The notes under the pieces were generated by a model that had not been told where the DNA came from, searched no databases, and saw only the letters and a program-made list of their open reading frames with translations. Both the position numbers and the translations under genes were made by a program. A DNA stretch of 64,000 nt from NCBI GenBank assembly GCA_963770245.1, contig CAVYOX010000005.1, positions 169-64,168 of the forward strand, given 5' to 3'. Numbering within the stretch: position 1 is the first letter of the stretch; each line of letters begins with the position of its first letter. The DNA comes from an uncultured Acidobacteriaceae bacterium. Lineage in GTDB: Bacteria; Acidobacteriota; Terriglobia; Terriglobales; Acidobacteriaceae. This document shows positions 20,661 through 30,736 of the stretch, in pieces.

Positions 20661-23057
20661 TTAGCGCCGCGGACCACCGCGACCGCCGCCATGGCCGCCG
20701 CGTCCCGGGCCGCCCCGGCGTCGTCCGCCACCGCCACCGCCGCCCGGGCGTCCACCCCGGCCGCCGCGGTCGAAGCCGCCACGGTCTCCTGCCGGCGCAG
20801 GCGACGGCGATGGAGCGGTAGAGGAAGGGTCGCGATTGAAGTTCGGTTCCGGTTCGTCGGGATAATCCCCCCCGCCTTCGATGGTCAGAGCGGGTGCCGA
20901 CTCGCCGTGTGGTTCGCTAGCACTCTCGCCCCCACCCTCGGGGGGCAGTTCCCCGCCGCCCATTTTCGCGCGCTGCTCCTTAAGAATGGCTTTGCGCGAA
21001 AGCCGGATCCGGTTGCCTTCAACGGCCAGCACTTTCACCAGGACCTGATCGCCCTCCTTGAGTTCGTCGCGGACGTCCTTGATACGGTGCTCGGCCACTT
21101 CGCTGATGTGCAGCAGCCCGTCGGTGCCGGGAATGATCTCGACGAAAGCGCCAAAGTCGGCCAGCCGGGACACGGTGCCCAGGTAGGTCTTCCCCACTTC
21201 GGCCGTCGCCGTCAGGTCGCGAATAATCTGCAGCGCCTTATTGGCCGAGGCTTCGTCGTTAGACGCCACGTTCACTTTGCCCGTGTCCTCCACATCGATC
21301 TTCACTCCGGTTTGCTCGATGATGCTGCGAATCATCTTGCCACCCGGGCCGATGACATCGCGGATCTTATCGACTGGAATCTGCAGGGTGTAGATGCGCG
21401 GGGCGTAGGCGGAAACCTTCTCCCGCGGCGCCGACAGAACCTCGTTCATCTTGCCCAGGATGTGCAACCGTCCCCGCCGCGCCTGCGCCAGGGCTTCGCG
21501 CATGATCTGCGCCGTGATGCCCCCGACCTTGATATCCATCTGCAGGGCGGTAATGCCGTCCTGGGTGCCGGCGACTTTGAAGTCCATGTCGCCGTAGTGA
21601 TCTTCAGCGCCCGCGATATCGGTCAGGATGGCGTAGTCGTGGTCTTCCTTCACGAGTCCCATGGCCACTCCCGCAACCGGAGCCTTCAGCGGCACGCCCG
21701 CATCCATCAGCGAAAGCGAAGCTCCGCAAACCGTGGCCATGGACGACGATCCATTCGATTCCAAAATGTCGGAGACTACGCGCATGGCATAGGGCCACTT
21801 GTCTTCGCCCGGCAGCACTCCGGAAATAGCCCGCTCCGCCAGGGCGCCGTGTCCGATCTCGCGCCGCCCCGCGCCCCGCAAGAAGGCGACTTCGCCGACC
21901 GAGAAGGGCGGAAAATTGTAGTGCAGCATGAAGCGCTTCTTGGCTTCGCCTTCGAAAGCTTCCAGACGTTGCATGTCGTCGCTCGTGCCGAGAGTCGTCG
22001 TTACCAGAGCCTGCGTTTCGCCGCGCGTGAAGATGGCGGAGCCGTGGGTGCGGGGCAGGACGCTGGCCTCGACCCAGATGGCGCGGACTTGATCGAAGGC
22101 GCGGCCGTCTGGGCGACGCTTCTGATTGAGAACCTGCTCGCGGAAGATGCGCTCCCGCAGAGTCTCGTAATAGGTCTTGAGCTTGGCCCGGCCCTTTTCG
22201 TCTTCTTCGGGGATCTGCGCCTGCAATTCCTTCTTGAGATCGCGGACCAGGTTGTGGCTTTCCGCCTTGGGATGCTTTTCGGTGTCGAGGCGGTCGGTCA
22301 GGTCGACGCCAATTTTCGCCTTCAGCGCGTCATAGTAGGCCTGGTCGAATTCGGGAGGGGTTACGGTGCGCTTGGGTTTGCCAGCTTTTTCCCGCAGTTG
22401 GTTGATGGCGGCGCAGATCTTTTTGATCTCGGAGTGGCCGAATTCGATGGCATCGACCACGGTTTCTTCTTTCACTTCTTTGGCGACCGACTCGATCATC
22501 ACGATGCCATCGGCGGTTCCGACGACCATGATGCTCAGTAGGCCTTCGCGGATTTCGGTGTAGGTGGGATTGATCACGAAGTGACCATCGACCAGGCCGA
22601 CACGCACCGCTCCAATCGGACCGAGGAAGGGAATGTCAGAAAGGGTCAGCGCGCAGGAAGCTGCGTTAATGCCGACCACGTCAGGATCGTTCTCGCTATC
22701 GGCGGAGAGCACGAAGGCGATCACCTGGGTCTCGCACTTGAAGCCCTCGGCAAACAAGGGGCGCACCGGACGGTCGATCATGCGACTGGTAAGAATTTCG
22801 CGTTCGCTCGGACGACCTTCGCGCTTGATGAATCCGCCGGGAAAGCGGCCGCCAGCGTAGGTATATTCCCGGTAGTCCACGGTCAAAGGGAAGAAGTCAA
22901 TTCCTTCCCGGGGCTCGGGGTTGGCCACACCGGTGGCCAGAACGACGTTGTCCCCCATGCGGACCACAGCCGAGCCGTGCGCCTGTTTAGCCAGTTTTCC
23001 GGTTTCAAAGGAGAGGCTTTTGCCGCCGGCGAGTTCTACAGAAACTTCATGCTTCAT
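20661..23057 (-). CDS. pnp: polyribonucleotide nucleotidyltransferase (PNPase) with an extended acidic plus RGG-rich C-terminal tail
   Basis: MKHEVSVELAGGKSLSFETGKLAKQAHGSAVV..., two RNase PH domains, KH, and S1 (GTVSRLADFGAFVEI). Ends ...GGGGGGGRRRGGPGRGGHGGGRGGPRR. Confidence 0.95.
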   Translation of the reverse strand: MKHEVSVELAGGKSLSFETGKLAKQAHGSAVVRMGDNVVLATGVANPEPREGIDFFPLTVDYREYTYAGGRFPGGFIKREGRPSEREILTSRMIDRPVRPLFAEGFKCETQVIAFVLSADSENDPDVVGINAASCALTLSDIPFLGPIGAVRVGLVDGHFVINPTYTEIREGLLSIMVVGTADGIVMIESVAKEVKEETVVDAIEFGHSEIKKICAAINQLREKAGKPKRTVTPPEFDQAYYDALKAKIGVDLTDRLDTEKHPKAESHNLVRDLKKELQAQIPEEDEKGRAKLKTYYETLRERIFREQVLNQKRRPDGRAFDQVRAIWVEASVLPRTHGSAIFTRGETQALVTTTLGTSDDMQRLEAFEGEAKKRFMLHYNFPPFSVGEVAFLRGAGRREIGHGALAERAISGVLPGEDKWPYAMRVVSDILESNGSSSMATVCGASLSLMDAGVPLKAPVAGVAMGLVKEDHDYAILTDIAGAEDHYGDMDFKVAGTQDGITALQMDIKVGGITAQIMREALAQARRGRLHILGKMNEVLSAPREKVSAYAPRIYTLQIPVDKIRDVIGPGGKMIRSIIEQTGVKIDVEDTGKVNVASNDEASANKALQIIRDLTATAEVGKTYLGTVSRLADFGAFVEIIPGTDGLLHISEVAEHRIKDVRDELKEGDQVLVKVLAVEGNRIRLSRKAILKEQRAKMGGGELPPEGGGESASEPHGESAPALTIEGGGDYPDEPEPNFNRDPSSTAPSPSPAPAGDRGGFDRGGRGGRPGGGGGGGRRRGGPGRGGHGGGRGGPRR

Positions 23058-23275
23058 GATTTGATTTCCTTCTGGGCAGGAGAGCACGTAAGTGCCGGTC
23101 TGGTGGGTTGCAGGCTGAATGATCCAGTGCCAGTAGAGTTAGGTATCAATGGCCGGAGACACACCGTCTATGCGCTTCCCTCAGTGAGTGCCCACCGTCC
23201 AGGGGGCGGCGGCACAACGATTCCCGTGGTCTTGCGGAAAAATCCACCATCCGCCAGAAACCGGTCCGCCCGCAA

Positions 23276-23542
23276 TTAATGGCGGAGACCGAGCCTCTGT
23301 ACCACATTCTTGTAGCGGATGGAATCGTAAGTCTTGAGGTAGTCGAGCAAGCGACGCCGCTTGCTGACCAGCATGAGAAGGCCGCGGCGTGAACCGTGGT
23401 CTTTCAGGTGTGTCTTGAAGTGCTCCGTCAATTGGCCAATGCGTTCGCTTAGCAGCGCGATCTGGACTTCTGGACTGCCCGTATCGGTGGGATGCGTCCC
23501 GTGTTGGTCAATGAGGGCTTTCTTTTGCTCTCTGGCTAGCAC
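23276..23542 (-). CDS. rpsO: 30S ribosomal protein S15
   Basis: (GTG)[68 protein letters not shown]. Classic rpsO-pnp arrangement. Confidence 0.9.
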   Translation of the reverse strand: MLAREQKKALIDQHGTHPTDTGSPEVQIALLSERIGQLTEHFKTHLKDHGSRRGLLMLVSKRRRLLDYLKTYDSIRYKNVVQRLGLRH

Positions 23543-23886
23543 TAACCTGCTGCACTCCTGTCTTCTATAGTTTTCGATTGTTTGTAACGCCTTCGAGGTT
23601 AACACGTTGGCGGAGGAGGTGTAAAGGTGAAGGGCGCCGGAGTCGCCACGGGAGGAGCGCTGCAAGCAGCGCCTGGACATTCTTGGACCGGAATGCCGGG
23701 ACTATTCATCCAAAGCCGAACAGAACTTTATCCTTAGATGCTTTTCCTTCTGCTTTTTGTTTTTTGCCGTTTGCAATTGTCGATGGGGCGGCCCACAGTC
23801 GTCGGTCGAGTTTCATCGAGCGTCCTCGATTCCGGCGATGGATTTGAAAAGCCCCCGACGAGCGGAGACCTTGGGGCGCGGAACCG

Positions 23887-25530
23887 ATGGCAGACAAGCC
23901 TGAAACTCGCGAAACCACCGAACCCGCGGCCACCCTCACGGCGAACGCACCAACCGCAGTGCCGGCTGCACCCTGGCGGCCCAGTTTCAACCCCTGGTTG
24001 ATCGCAGTGGTGGTGGCGGTGGCGGCGTTCATGGAGGTGCTCGACACCAGCATCGCCAACGTGGCCCTCCCTTACATGGCGGGCAACCTGGGAGCGAGCA
24101 ACGACCAGAGCACCTGGGTTCTCACCTCCTATCTCGTTTCCAATGCCGTCGTGCTTCCGATCAGTGGATGGTTTGCCAGCGTGCTCGGCCGCAAGTGGTT
24201 CTTCATGACCTGTTTGACGATTTTCACCGTGAGTTCCATGTTGTGCGGGATCGCCCCAAGCCTCGGAGCACTGATTGTGTTTCGTATCCTGCAAGGCGCG
24301 GGCGGAGGCGGACTTCAACCCATGGCTCAGGCAATCCTGGCCGACACCTTTCCTCCCGAGAAGCGCGGCCTGGCCTTCGCTCTGTACGGCGTCACCGTCA
24401 TCGTCGCCCCCACGATCGGGCCCACCTTGGGAGGCTGGATCACCGACAACTACACCTGGCGCTGGATTTTCTTCATCAACATCCCGGTAGGGATTCTGGC
24501 ACTGTTCCTGGTTTCTCGTTTGATCGAAGAGCCGCCTTGGGCGAAGCGCGTCCGAGGCGCACTGGCCAGAATCGACTACGTCGGTGTCTCTCTGCTGGTC
24601 CTCGGAGTGGGAGCCCTGCAAGTGATGCTCGACAAGGGGCAGGAGGATGATTGGTTCGGGTCGAATTTCATCCTGACGCTGGCGGTGCTTGCGGTGGTCG
24701 GCTTTGTGTCACTGGTCATCTGGGAGTGGTTTTATACGCGCCCGGTGATTGAGGTGCGCCTGTTCAAGAATCTGAACTTCTTCGAAGCGAACGGAATGAT
24801 GTTTGTGCTTGGGATCATGCTGTTCTCGAGCCTCGTCATGATGCCGCTGTTCCTGCAGTCTCTGCTGGGCTACACGGCGGAGTCGGCCGGCTTGGTGCTT
24901 TCAGGCGGCGGCCTTCTGCTGCTGTTTCTGATGCCCATCGTGGGGGTGCTCTCCTCGAAGGTCCAGGCGCGCTATCTGGTTGCCTTCGGCTGGCTGGCCC
25001 TCTCGATCGGCATGTTCTTGTCCACTCAGCAGCTCGACCTGCAGATCAGCTTCCGCAGCGCCAGCCTGCTGCGCCTGGTGCAGGTGTTTGGCCTGGGTTT
25101 TCTGTTTGTTCCCATCAATCTGTCCTCCTACATCGGAATGCCGGTCGAAAAGAGCAACAGCGTCGCCGGGCTCACGAACTTTATGCGCAACATCGGCAGC
25201 AGCGTGGGAACATCGATGGTCACTACCTTGATTGCCCGCCGGGCTCAGGTCCACCAAGCGTATCTGGTCGCGAATTTGACCCCCGGACGGCCGCTGTTTA
25301 CGGGCGCGCTTGCGGGTCTCGCGGCCCATCTGGGGGCATCGGGTGCGAATCCGGAGCAGGCGACGAGGCAGGCCTACGCGCTCGTGTATCACGCGGTGGT
25401 CATCCAGGCCAGCACTCTCGCCTACATCGACACCTACTGGGTTCTGGCGATCGGAGCGGCCATCATGTTTGTGCTTTCTTTCACCCTGAAGAAAAACCAA
25501 CCCGGCGGCCGCCGCGTGGCGATCGACTAG
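23887..25530 (+). CDS. MFS transporter, DHA2 (EmrB/QacA) family
   Basis: LDTSIANVALPYMAGNLGASNDQSTWVLTSYLVSNAVVLPISGWFASVLGRK; 14-TM-type layout. Confidence 0.85.
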   Translation: MADKPETRETTEPAATLTANAPTAVPAAPWRPSFNPWLIAVVVAVAAFMEVLDTSIANVALPYMAGNLGASNDQSTWVLTSYLVSNAVVLPISGWFASVLGRKWFFMTCLTIFTVSSMLCGIAPSLGALIVFRILQGAGGGGLQPMAQAILADTFPPEKRGLAFALYGVTVIVAPTIGPTLGGWITDNYTWRWIFFINIPVGILALFLVSRLIEEPPWAKRVRGALARIDYVGVSLLVLGVGALQVMLDKGQEDDWFGSNFILTLAVLAVVGFVSLVIWEWFYTRPVIEVRLFKNLNFFEANGMMFVLGIMLFSSLVMMPLFLQSLLGYTAESAGLVLSGGGLLLLFLMPIVGVLSSKVQARYLVAFGWLALSIGMFLSTQQLDLQISFRSASLLRLVQVFGLGFLFVPINLSSYIGMPVEKSNSVAGLTNFMRNIGSSVGTSMVTTLIARRAQVHQAYLVANLTPGRPLFTGALAGLAAHLGASGANPEQATRQAYALVYHAVVIQASTLAYIDTYWVLAIGAAIMFVLSFTLKKNQPGGRRVAID

Positions 25531-25672
25531 CAGTAGTATGGTGAGGGGAAAGAACTCGCAGCGCTGTGCCGTCTCCCGGGTATATCGACGCACCCGATTG
25601 TTCGTGCTGATGCTCGGGTGCAGCCGCAAGGCAGTACGTTTGATGCACCCAGTCGAGTCCGGAGCAATCTCC

Positions 25673-26335
25673 ATGATCCGAGTGATCACCATCGAGCGCG
25701 AATACGGCAGCGGCGGCGTAGACATCGCCAAAAGAGTTGCCAGCCGCCTGGGCTGGAAGCTTTGGGACGAGTTGTTGACCAACGAAATTGCCCGCCTGAT
25801 GGAGTGCGATTGCCGAGTCGTCGAAGAACACGAAGAGAAAAGAGACCCCTTGTTCTACCGGCTGCTCAAGGCCTTCATGCGTGGCAGTCACGAAGGCAGT
25901 CTGTACGCCCCTCGGCTGAAGTTGGCCGATACCGATTGCATCCGGGAGGTCGCAGAGCGTGTCGTGAAAGACGCTGCCGAAGGCAGCGAGTGCGTGATCG
26001 TGGGGCGGGGATCCGCCTATTATCTGCAGCACCGCCGCGATGTGTTTCACGTATTTGTCTACGCTCCGTTTGAGGAGAAAGTCCGGCGGCTTGAGGCCGG
26101 TGGGAAAAGCCAGAATGAAGCCCTCCAGGCCGCCGAAACCGTGGACCGGGATCGGGCGGCCTTCATCAAGCAGTATTTCGGGGTCGACTGGCCGGATCGG
26201 TACCGCTTTCACCTGATGATCAACTCCACGATTGGCGAGGAAACGGCGGTTGAGACCATACTCCAGGGTATCGCCTCGTTCGAGAAACAAAGCACCGCAT
26301 CTGTCGCTCCCCCCGAGCCGTCCAACAGGCGGTGA
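25673..26335 (+). CDS. cytidylate kinase-like family protein
   Basis: MIRVITIEREYGSGGVDIAKRVASRLGWKLWDELL. Confidence 0.65.
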   Translation: MIRVITIEREYGSGGVDIAKRVASRLGWKLWDELLTNEIARLMECDCRVVEEHEEKRDPLFYRLLKAFMRGSHEGSLYAPRLKLADTDCIREVAERVVKDAAEGSECVIVGRGSAYYLQHRRDVFHVFVYAPFEEKVRRLEAGGKSQNEALQAAETVDRDRAAFIKQYFGVDWPDRYRFHLMINSTIGEETAVETILQGIASFEKQSTASVAPPEPSNRR

Positions 26336-26558
26336 TCCGGAAACCGCAGACCCAGCGATCGCCATGCCAATTTCGAAGAATTCCCAGGCTCGACCTCCCT
26401 GTCCAGGTGCAACCGCAGAACCGATCCAGGTTCGAGAGTCGTGCGGTTCGAGGTTTCGCAGTCTTGGGCAAACTGCCGCTCTTTTGTCTTTGTCTTTATC
26501 TTTAATCTTTGCCGGCAGTATTCTTGGCGCCAGTCTTTTTTGGGGCGGATGCAACCGC

Positions 26559-26999
26559 ATGGCGAAGGAAACTCGAATGGAAAGCTCCCACCAGCTTGAA
26601 CCCACGATCGCCGCTCTTCGTGGGGCCTATGAGGCCTTCAACCGGGGTGATATCGACGCCGCATTGCAGCCGCTTGATGCTCAGATCGAGTGGACTGAAC
26701 CGGTGGAATTCCCCGGAGGCGGCACCTACCACGGACACGATGGGGTCAAGCGCTATCTGACCCAGTCACGGGCCGCCTGGGCAGAAGGATCGAGCGAACC
26801 AGAGCGATTCATTACGGCCGGCAACCGCATCGTTGTGTTTGTCCATGCGCGAGTTCGACCGAAGGGCAGCAATCAGTGGCAAGATGTGCGCCTGGCGGAC
26901 GTCTACACGGTGCGCGGTGGCAAAGTGCTCGAAATGCGGGCATTCGCCGACCGACACGAAGCGCTGCGGTGGGCCGGCGTGCAATCCCCCAGTCCCTGA
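26559..26999 (+). CDS. SnoaL-like/NTF2-fold protein
   Basis: IAALRGAYEAFNRGDIDAALQPLDAQIEWTEP ... VYTVRGGKVLEMRAF. Confidence 0.6.
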   Translation: MAKETRMESSHQLEPTIAALRGAYEAFNRGDIDAALQPLDAQIEWTEPVEFPGGGTYHGHDGVKRYLTQSRAAWAEGSSEPERFITAGNRIVVFVHARVRPKGSNQWQDVRLADVYTVRGGKVLEMRAFADRHEALRWAGVQSPSP

Positions 27000-27110
27000 T
27001 AAACAGCCCCGAGGTCGCAAGCCCAAGGGTTTCATGCTACTGCGCGGACCTGATGGCCATCGTGGTCAGCCGCAGCGACTCGAGCGACTCGCTTCAGTTC
27101 CACCCAAAGC

Positions 27111-27142
27111 AAAAGCCCACAACCGGAGCCGTGGGCTTTTTT
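27111..27142. terminator. bidirectional rho-independent terminator
   Basis: aaaAGCCCACaaccggagccGTGGGCTttttt lies between convergent genes. Confidence 0.7.
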
Positions 27143-27192
27143 CTTGCGACTGATCTTCGTTAACTGAGCGTTGACTTAGCCTTCGTGAGCCC

Positions 27193-27678
27193 TTAGCGGC
27201 GTCCGCCGCCGTGCCCGCCGCCTCCACCGTGGAAGCCACCTCGTGCTGCACCGCGAAATCCGCCCCCGACGCTACCGTGGAAGCCGCCCACCGGTCCGCG
27301 TGCAAAACCGCGTCCACCGAAAGCCGCGCGTCCGTAGGAGCCGCGACCGTAACCCCAGCCCGGGCGTCCGTAGTAGCCGCGACCGTAGCCGAAGCCGCCG
27401 CGGCCATAGTAGCCTAGAAAGCCGGGCCGGCCGTAGTATCCGTGAAACCACGGCCCCGCACCGATAAACAAACCACCGGAAAACCAGCTGGGCCCGTAGT
27501 AGCCATAAGGCGCACAAGCGTACGGCGCATATCCGTAGTAGCCGTACTCGCATACCGGCGGTCCGGCATAATATCCCGGACCGAATCCTACACCTACGCC
27601 AACCCTGACCTGGGCTTGCGAGTAAGCCAGTGGAATCATCAAAACCGCCAGCAAGGCCACATGCTTGAGATAACGCAT
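27193..27678 (-). CDS. secreted Gly/Tyr/Arg-rich low-complexity protein
   Basis: Signal peptide MRYLKHVALLAVLMIPLAYSQA. This is followed by GYYGYAPYACAPYGYYGP ... GRGGFGYGRGYYGRPGWGYGRGSYGR ... GGGGGHGGGRR. Confidence 0.6.
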   Translation of the reverse strand: MRYLKHVALLAVLMIPLAYSQAQVRVGVGVGFGPGYYAGPPVCEYGYYGYAPYACAPYGYYGPSWFSGGLFIGAGPWFHGYYGRPGFLGYYGRGGFGYGRGYYGRPGWGYGRGSYGRAAFGGRGFARGPVGGFHGSVGGGFRGAARGGFHGGGGGHGGGRR

Positions 27679-27924
27679 TTGTTCTACCCCCCAGCCCCAG
27701 ATTCACCGAGTCCCATCTGAAGCACCTGCTGGCTTAAACCCGGGAGCTGAAAAAAAGTTTCGCAGCTCGAATGGTCAAATTAAGCTATCCAATTTTAAAT
27801 CAGTCAGTTGCAAGGTAACCATCCGCCGTCCGTGACCCTTCCCTAATTGCCGGAGGGCGCGCCTCAGTTCCTGGGGGAAATCTTCTAGCTCAGGCGAGCG
27901 GGACTGCAGTTTTCACAGAACTTC

Positions 27925-29613
27925 CTATGCCAGCTCGACCTCGATCGCGCTCGGCGGCCCCTCCAGCTTGGTGATGCGAAAACTGCGGACCTGCCCCGCC
28001 CGGACTTGTTGCGGCTCCGCGGATTCCGCCACCGCGCCGGCCTTCCAGCGTGCCTCGAGCATCGAACCAAGCGATGCCAGATCAGCTTTCGCTCCCCCGG
28101 ACCGACTCCGAGGATCAGATGCCGGCTTGGTTTCTGCCGAGATCCGGCAGGCTGCCCGGATTCCTTCCCCCAGTTCCACCTTCGCCGAGCTGCCCGAGAC
28201 TTCGATGACGCGGCCCGTGACCACATCCCCTTCCCGGTGCTCGGCCACGTATTCATCAATGCCGGTCGGAACCAGTTGTTTCATTCCGAGTTTCAGTTTG
28301 CGCTTCTCCCGATCCAGCTCGAGCACTTGCGCCTTCACTATTTGCCCCACCCGCAAAATATCCTGCGGATGGTTAATGCGCTTTTCCGCGCTCAGGTCGC
28401 TGACGTGAACCATCCCCTCCACGCCTTCGGCCACCTGCACGAACGCGCCGAACTTCGCAATGCTCGTGACGGGCCCCTCGACCATGGACCCCACCAGGAA
28501 CTTCTGCGCCGCGTCGGCCCACGGATCCCCGAGCGCCTGCTTCAGTCCCAAAGACATGCGCCGCTCGCCCGCGTTCACGCCGAGGATCACGGCTTCGACC
28601 ATCTCCCCGGGCTTCACCAAGTCGGTCGGCCTCCTTACTTTCTTGACCCACGACATCTCAGAGACATGAATCAATCCCTCGACTCCCGGCTCTAGTTCGA
28701 CAAACGCGCCGAAGTCGGTCACGCGAGTCACGGCGCCACGCACGCGCTCCCCGATCCTGTACTTACCGGGAACCGAGTCCCAGGGATGCGGCTGTAGTTG
28801 CTTCATCCCCACCGAAAGACGCCGCTTCTCGAGGTCCACCTTGAGAACCTTCACCTCGATTTGCTGATCGACCGCGAGTACGTCCGCCGGCTTGTTAATG
28901 CGGCTCCAGGAAATATCCCCCACATGCAACAGCGCGTCCACGCTGCCAATATCGACAAACGCTCCGTAGTCGGCGAGCCTTCGCACCGTACCGCTCACCG
29001 TGTCGCCTTCTTTCAATTCGGAGTAGCGGCGGTCTTTCACCGTCTGCTCTTCTCCTTCAGCGACGATGCGGCGATCCACCACGACGTCTTCTTCCGCGGC
29101 GTCGAGCTTGATGATGCGGCATCGGATCTCCTGCTCGACCAACTTCTCCATCTCGGCCACATCGCGAGCACCACTGCGGGATGCCGGCATGAACGCTCGC
29201 ACTCCCACATCCACGCTCAAGCCGCCCTTCACGACCCCCGTCACCGTGCCCACAATGGTCGTCTTCGCTTGAAAAGCCTGCTCGAGCGCCGTCCAGTCAC
29301 TGGGCCGCGCGGCCTTGCTGCGAGTCAACTCGTAGTAGCCTTCGGGATCGCGGCCTTTGATCGTGACCTGCAGCTTGTCGCCTGGTGCGGGGCTCCTGCC
29401 ATCGTTCGGTAACTCGGAAAGCGGCAACAGGCCTTCCGTCTTGAACCCGATGTCGATCACCACCGAGTCCGCCGAAACCGAGACGACAGTGCCTTCGCGG
29501 GTGGCTTCGGCCTTAGGGAGCCTGTGGCTGCGCTCGAATTGCGAAAGCATGCTCCCGAAAGACTCATCGGGCTCGGGAGTGGCGGAAGGGGCTGGGATCT
29601 TTGGATTGGACAT
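27925..29613 (-). CDS. rpsA: 30S ribosomal protein S1
   Basis: Six S1 repeats (for example GTVVSVSADSVVIDIGFKTEG and VTRVTDFGAFVELEPGVEGLIHVSE). Confidence 0.95.
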   Translation of the reverse strand: MSNPKIPAPSATPEPDESFGSMLSQFERSHRLPKAEATREGTVVSVSADSVVIDIGFKTEGLLPLSELPNDGRSPAPGDKLQVTIKGRDPEGYYELTRSKAARPSDWTALEQAFQAKTTIVGTVTGVVKGGLSVDVGVRAFMPASRSGARDVAEMEKLVEQEIRCRIIKLDAAEEDVVVDRRIVAEGEEQTVKDRRYSELKEGDTVSGTVRRLADYGAFVDIGSVDALLHVGDISWSRINKPADVLAVDQQIEVKVLKVDLEKRRLSVGMKQLQPHPWDSVPGKYRIGERVRGAVTRVTDFGAFVELEPGVEGLIHVSEMSWVKKVRRPTDLVKPGEMVEAVILGVNAGERRMSLGLKQALGDPWADAAQKFLVGSMVEGPVTSIAKFGAFVQVAEGVEGMVHVSDLSAEKRINHPQDILRVGQIVKAQVLELDREKRKLKLGMKQLVPTGIDEYVAEHREGDVVTGRVIEVSGSSAKVELGEGIRAACRISAETKPASDPRSRSGGAKADLASLGSMLEARWKAGAVAESAEPQQVRAGQVRSFRITKLEGPPSAIEVELA

Positions 29614-29890
29614 ATCCGGTTACAGCCTGGTGGAGGCGCGACCCTTCCAGGATAACACCGCAACGCGAAAAAGCGACTCAGCCTGGATTGGGACTGGGGA
29701 CTCGGCGATGCCGACTAGACAATGGCGAGCCTGCTTGATCGCCCCAACATAGTTCCGCGTTGGCCCATCCTTGCGGGCACGATCCGCCAGAAATGGTGGT
29801 TGACGAAGAGGGAAGCTGACAAAGCTGGACGAATCATCGAAGGGTGTAACATTCTCGATGCAAGGTCCGGGGGGCATCCCGATCTGCTGG

Positions 29891-30619
29891 ATGCAGGCGG
29901 CATTGAGCAGGAGGAACGTGCGAAAGCAAATCGCTTTCTTGGCATGCACTCTGATTTTTTTGCTTGCCTTTGGTTTGAGCGCAGCCTCCGACTCCTCCCA
30001 GTTGAGGCTCTCCACCGTTTCACGGGCCGATCTTTGCGTCACCGAGGGAGCCATTGCGGAGCGATCCGGCCATGGGCTTGCAGTGACGGTTCCGAAGATG
30101 CGAGCCTATCTCGATGCCAGAACCACACCCTCGATCGAAGCGCGTTTCCAATACCTCGGCCCAACCGGGGATGAAGCGCGGCTGGGTTCGGGCGAATTGC
30201 GCCGCCAGTTTGGCCTGAAGCTGCGAGCGCAGGATGCTTGTAACCTGGTGTACGCCATGTGGCGCATCGAGCCCGAGTCGAAACTTGTAGTCTCAGTGAA
30301 AACGAACCCCGGCCAGCACAGCAGCGCGGAGTGCGGGAATCGCGGCTACCAGAACATCAAGCCCCGCCGCAGCAGTCCGGTTCCAAGCTTGCATGCTGGA
30401 GATGCGCACAGCCTGCGGGCTGCCTTGAACGGAACCGAGATGCAAGTTTTCGTCGACGATCGGCTGGTTTGGGTGGGTTCGGTCGGACCCGAGGTGCTGC
30501 ATTTCGATGGACCGGTCGGAATTCGTTCCGACAACGCCCGATTGGATCTCGAACTCCGAACCGGTCCGCCGCGCCGGGAAGCAGAAGGCTGTCGATCCGG
30601 ACCCGAAAACTCAGAATAG
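29891..30619 (+). CDS. exported hypothetical protein
   Basis: MQAALSRRNVRKQIAFLACTLIFLLAFGLSAA signal-like N-terminus. No recognised motif. Confidence 0.45.
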   Translation: MQAALSRRNVRKQIAFLACTLIFLLAFGLSAASDSSQLRLSTVSRADLCVTEGAIAERSGHGLAVTVPKMRAYLDARTTPSIEARFQYLGPTGDEARLGSGELRRQFGLKLRAQDACNLVYAMWRIEPESKLVVSVKTNPGQHSSAECGNRGYQNIKPRRSSPVPSLHAGDAHSLRAALNGTEMQVFVDDRLVWVGSVGPEVLHFDGPVGIRSDNARLDLELRTGPPRREAEGCRSGPENSE

Positions 30620-30736
30620 GGTAGCGAGCACACATGCAGGCCAGCTCGGTGGCTCCTGAACCCAGGCCCTGCGCTCGACCGTTTCCTCGGCCAGGTTCGA
30701 TGGAGGGCATCGAATGTCAGCGGAAGGGATGGCAAT

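Noticed and set aside
20649-22541. 630-aa ORF on the plus strand
   Set aside because: It lies entirely antisense to pnp, which is unambiguous. Its Arg/Ala/Gly-rich composition is typical of a mirror-frame ORF in GC-rich DNA.
23734-24621. 295-aa minus-strand ORF, and 25481..26605 (374 aa)
   Set aside because: They are antisense to the MFS transporter and to the cytidylate-kinase-like/SnoaL genes, whose products have clear family motifs.
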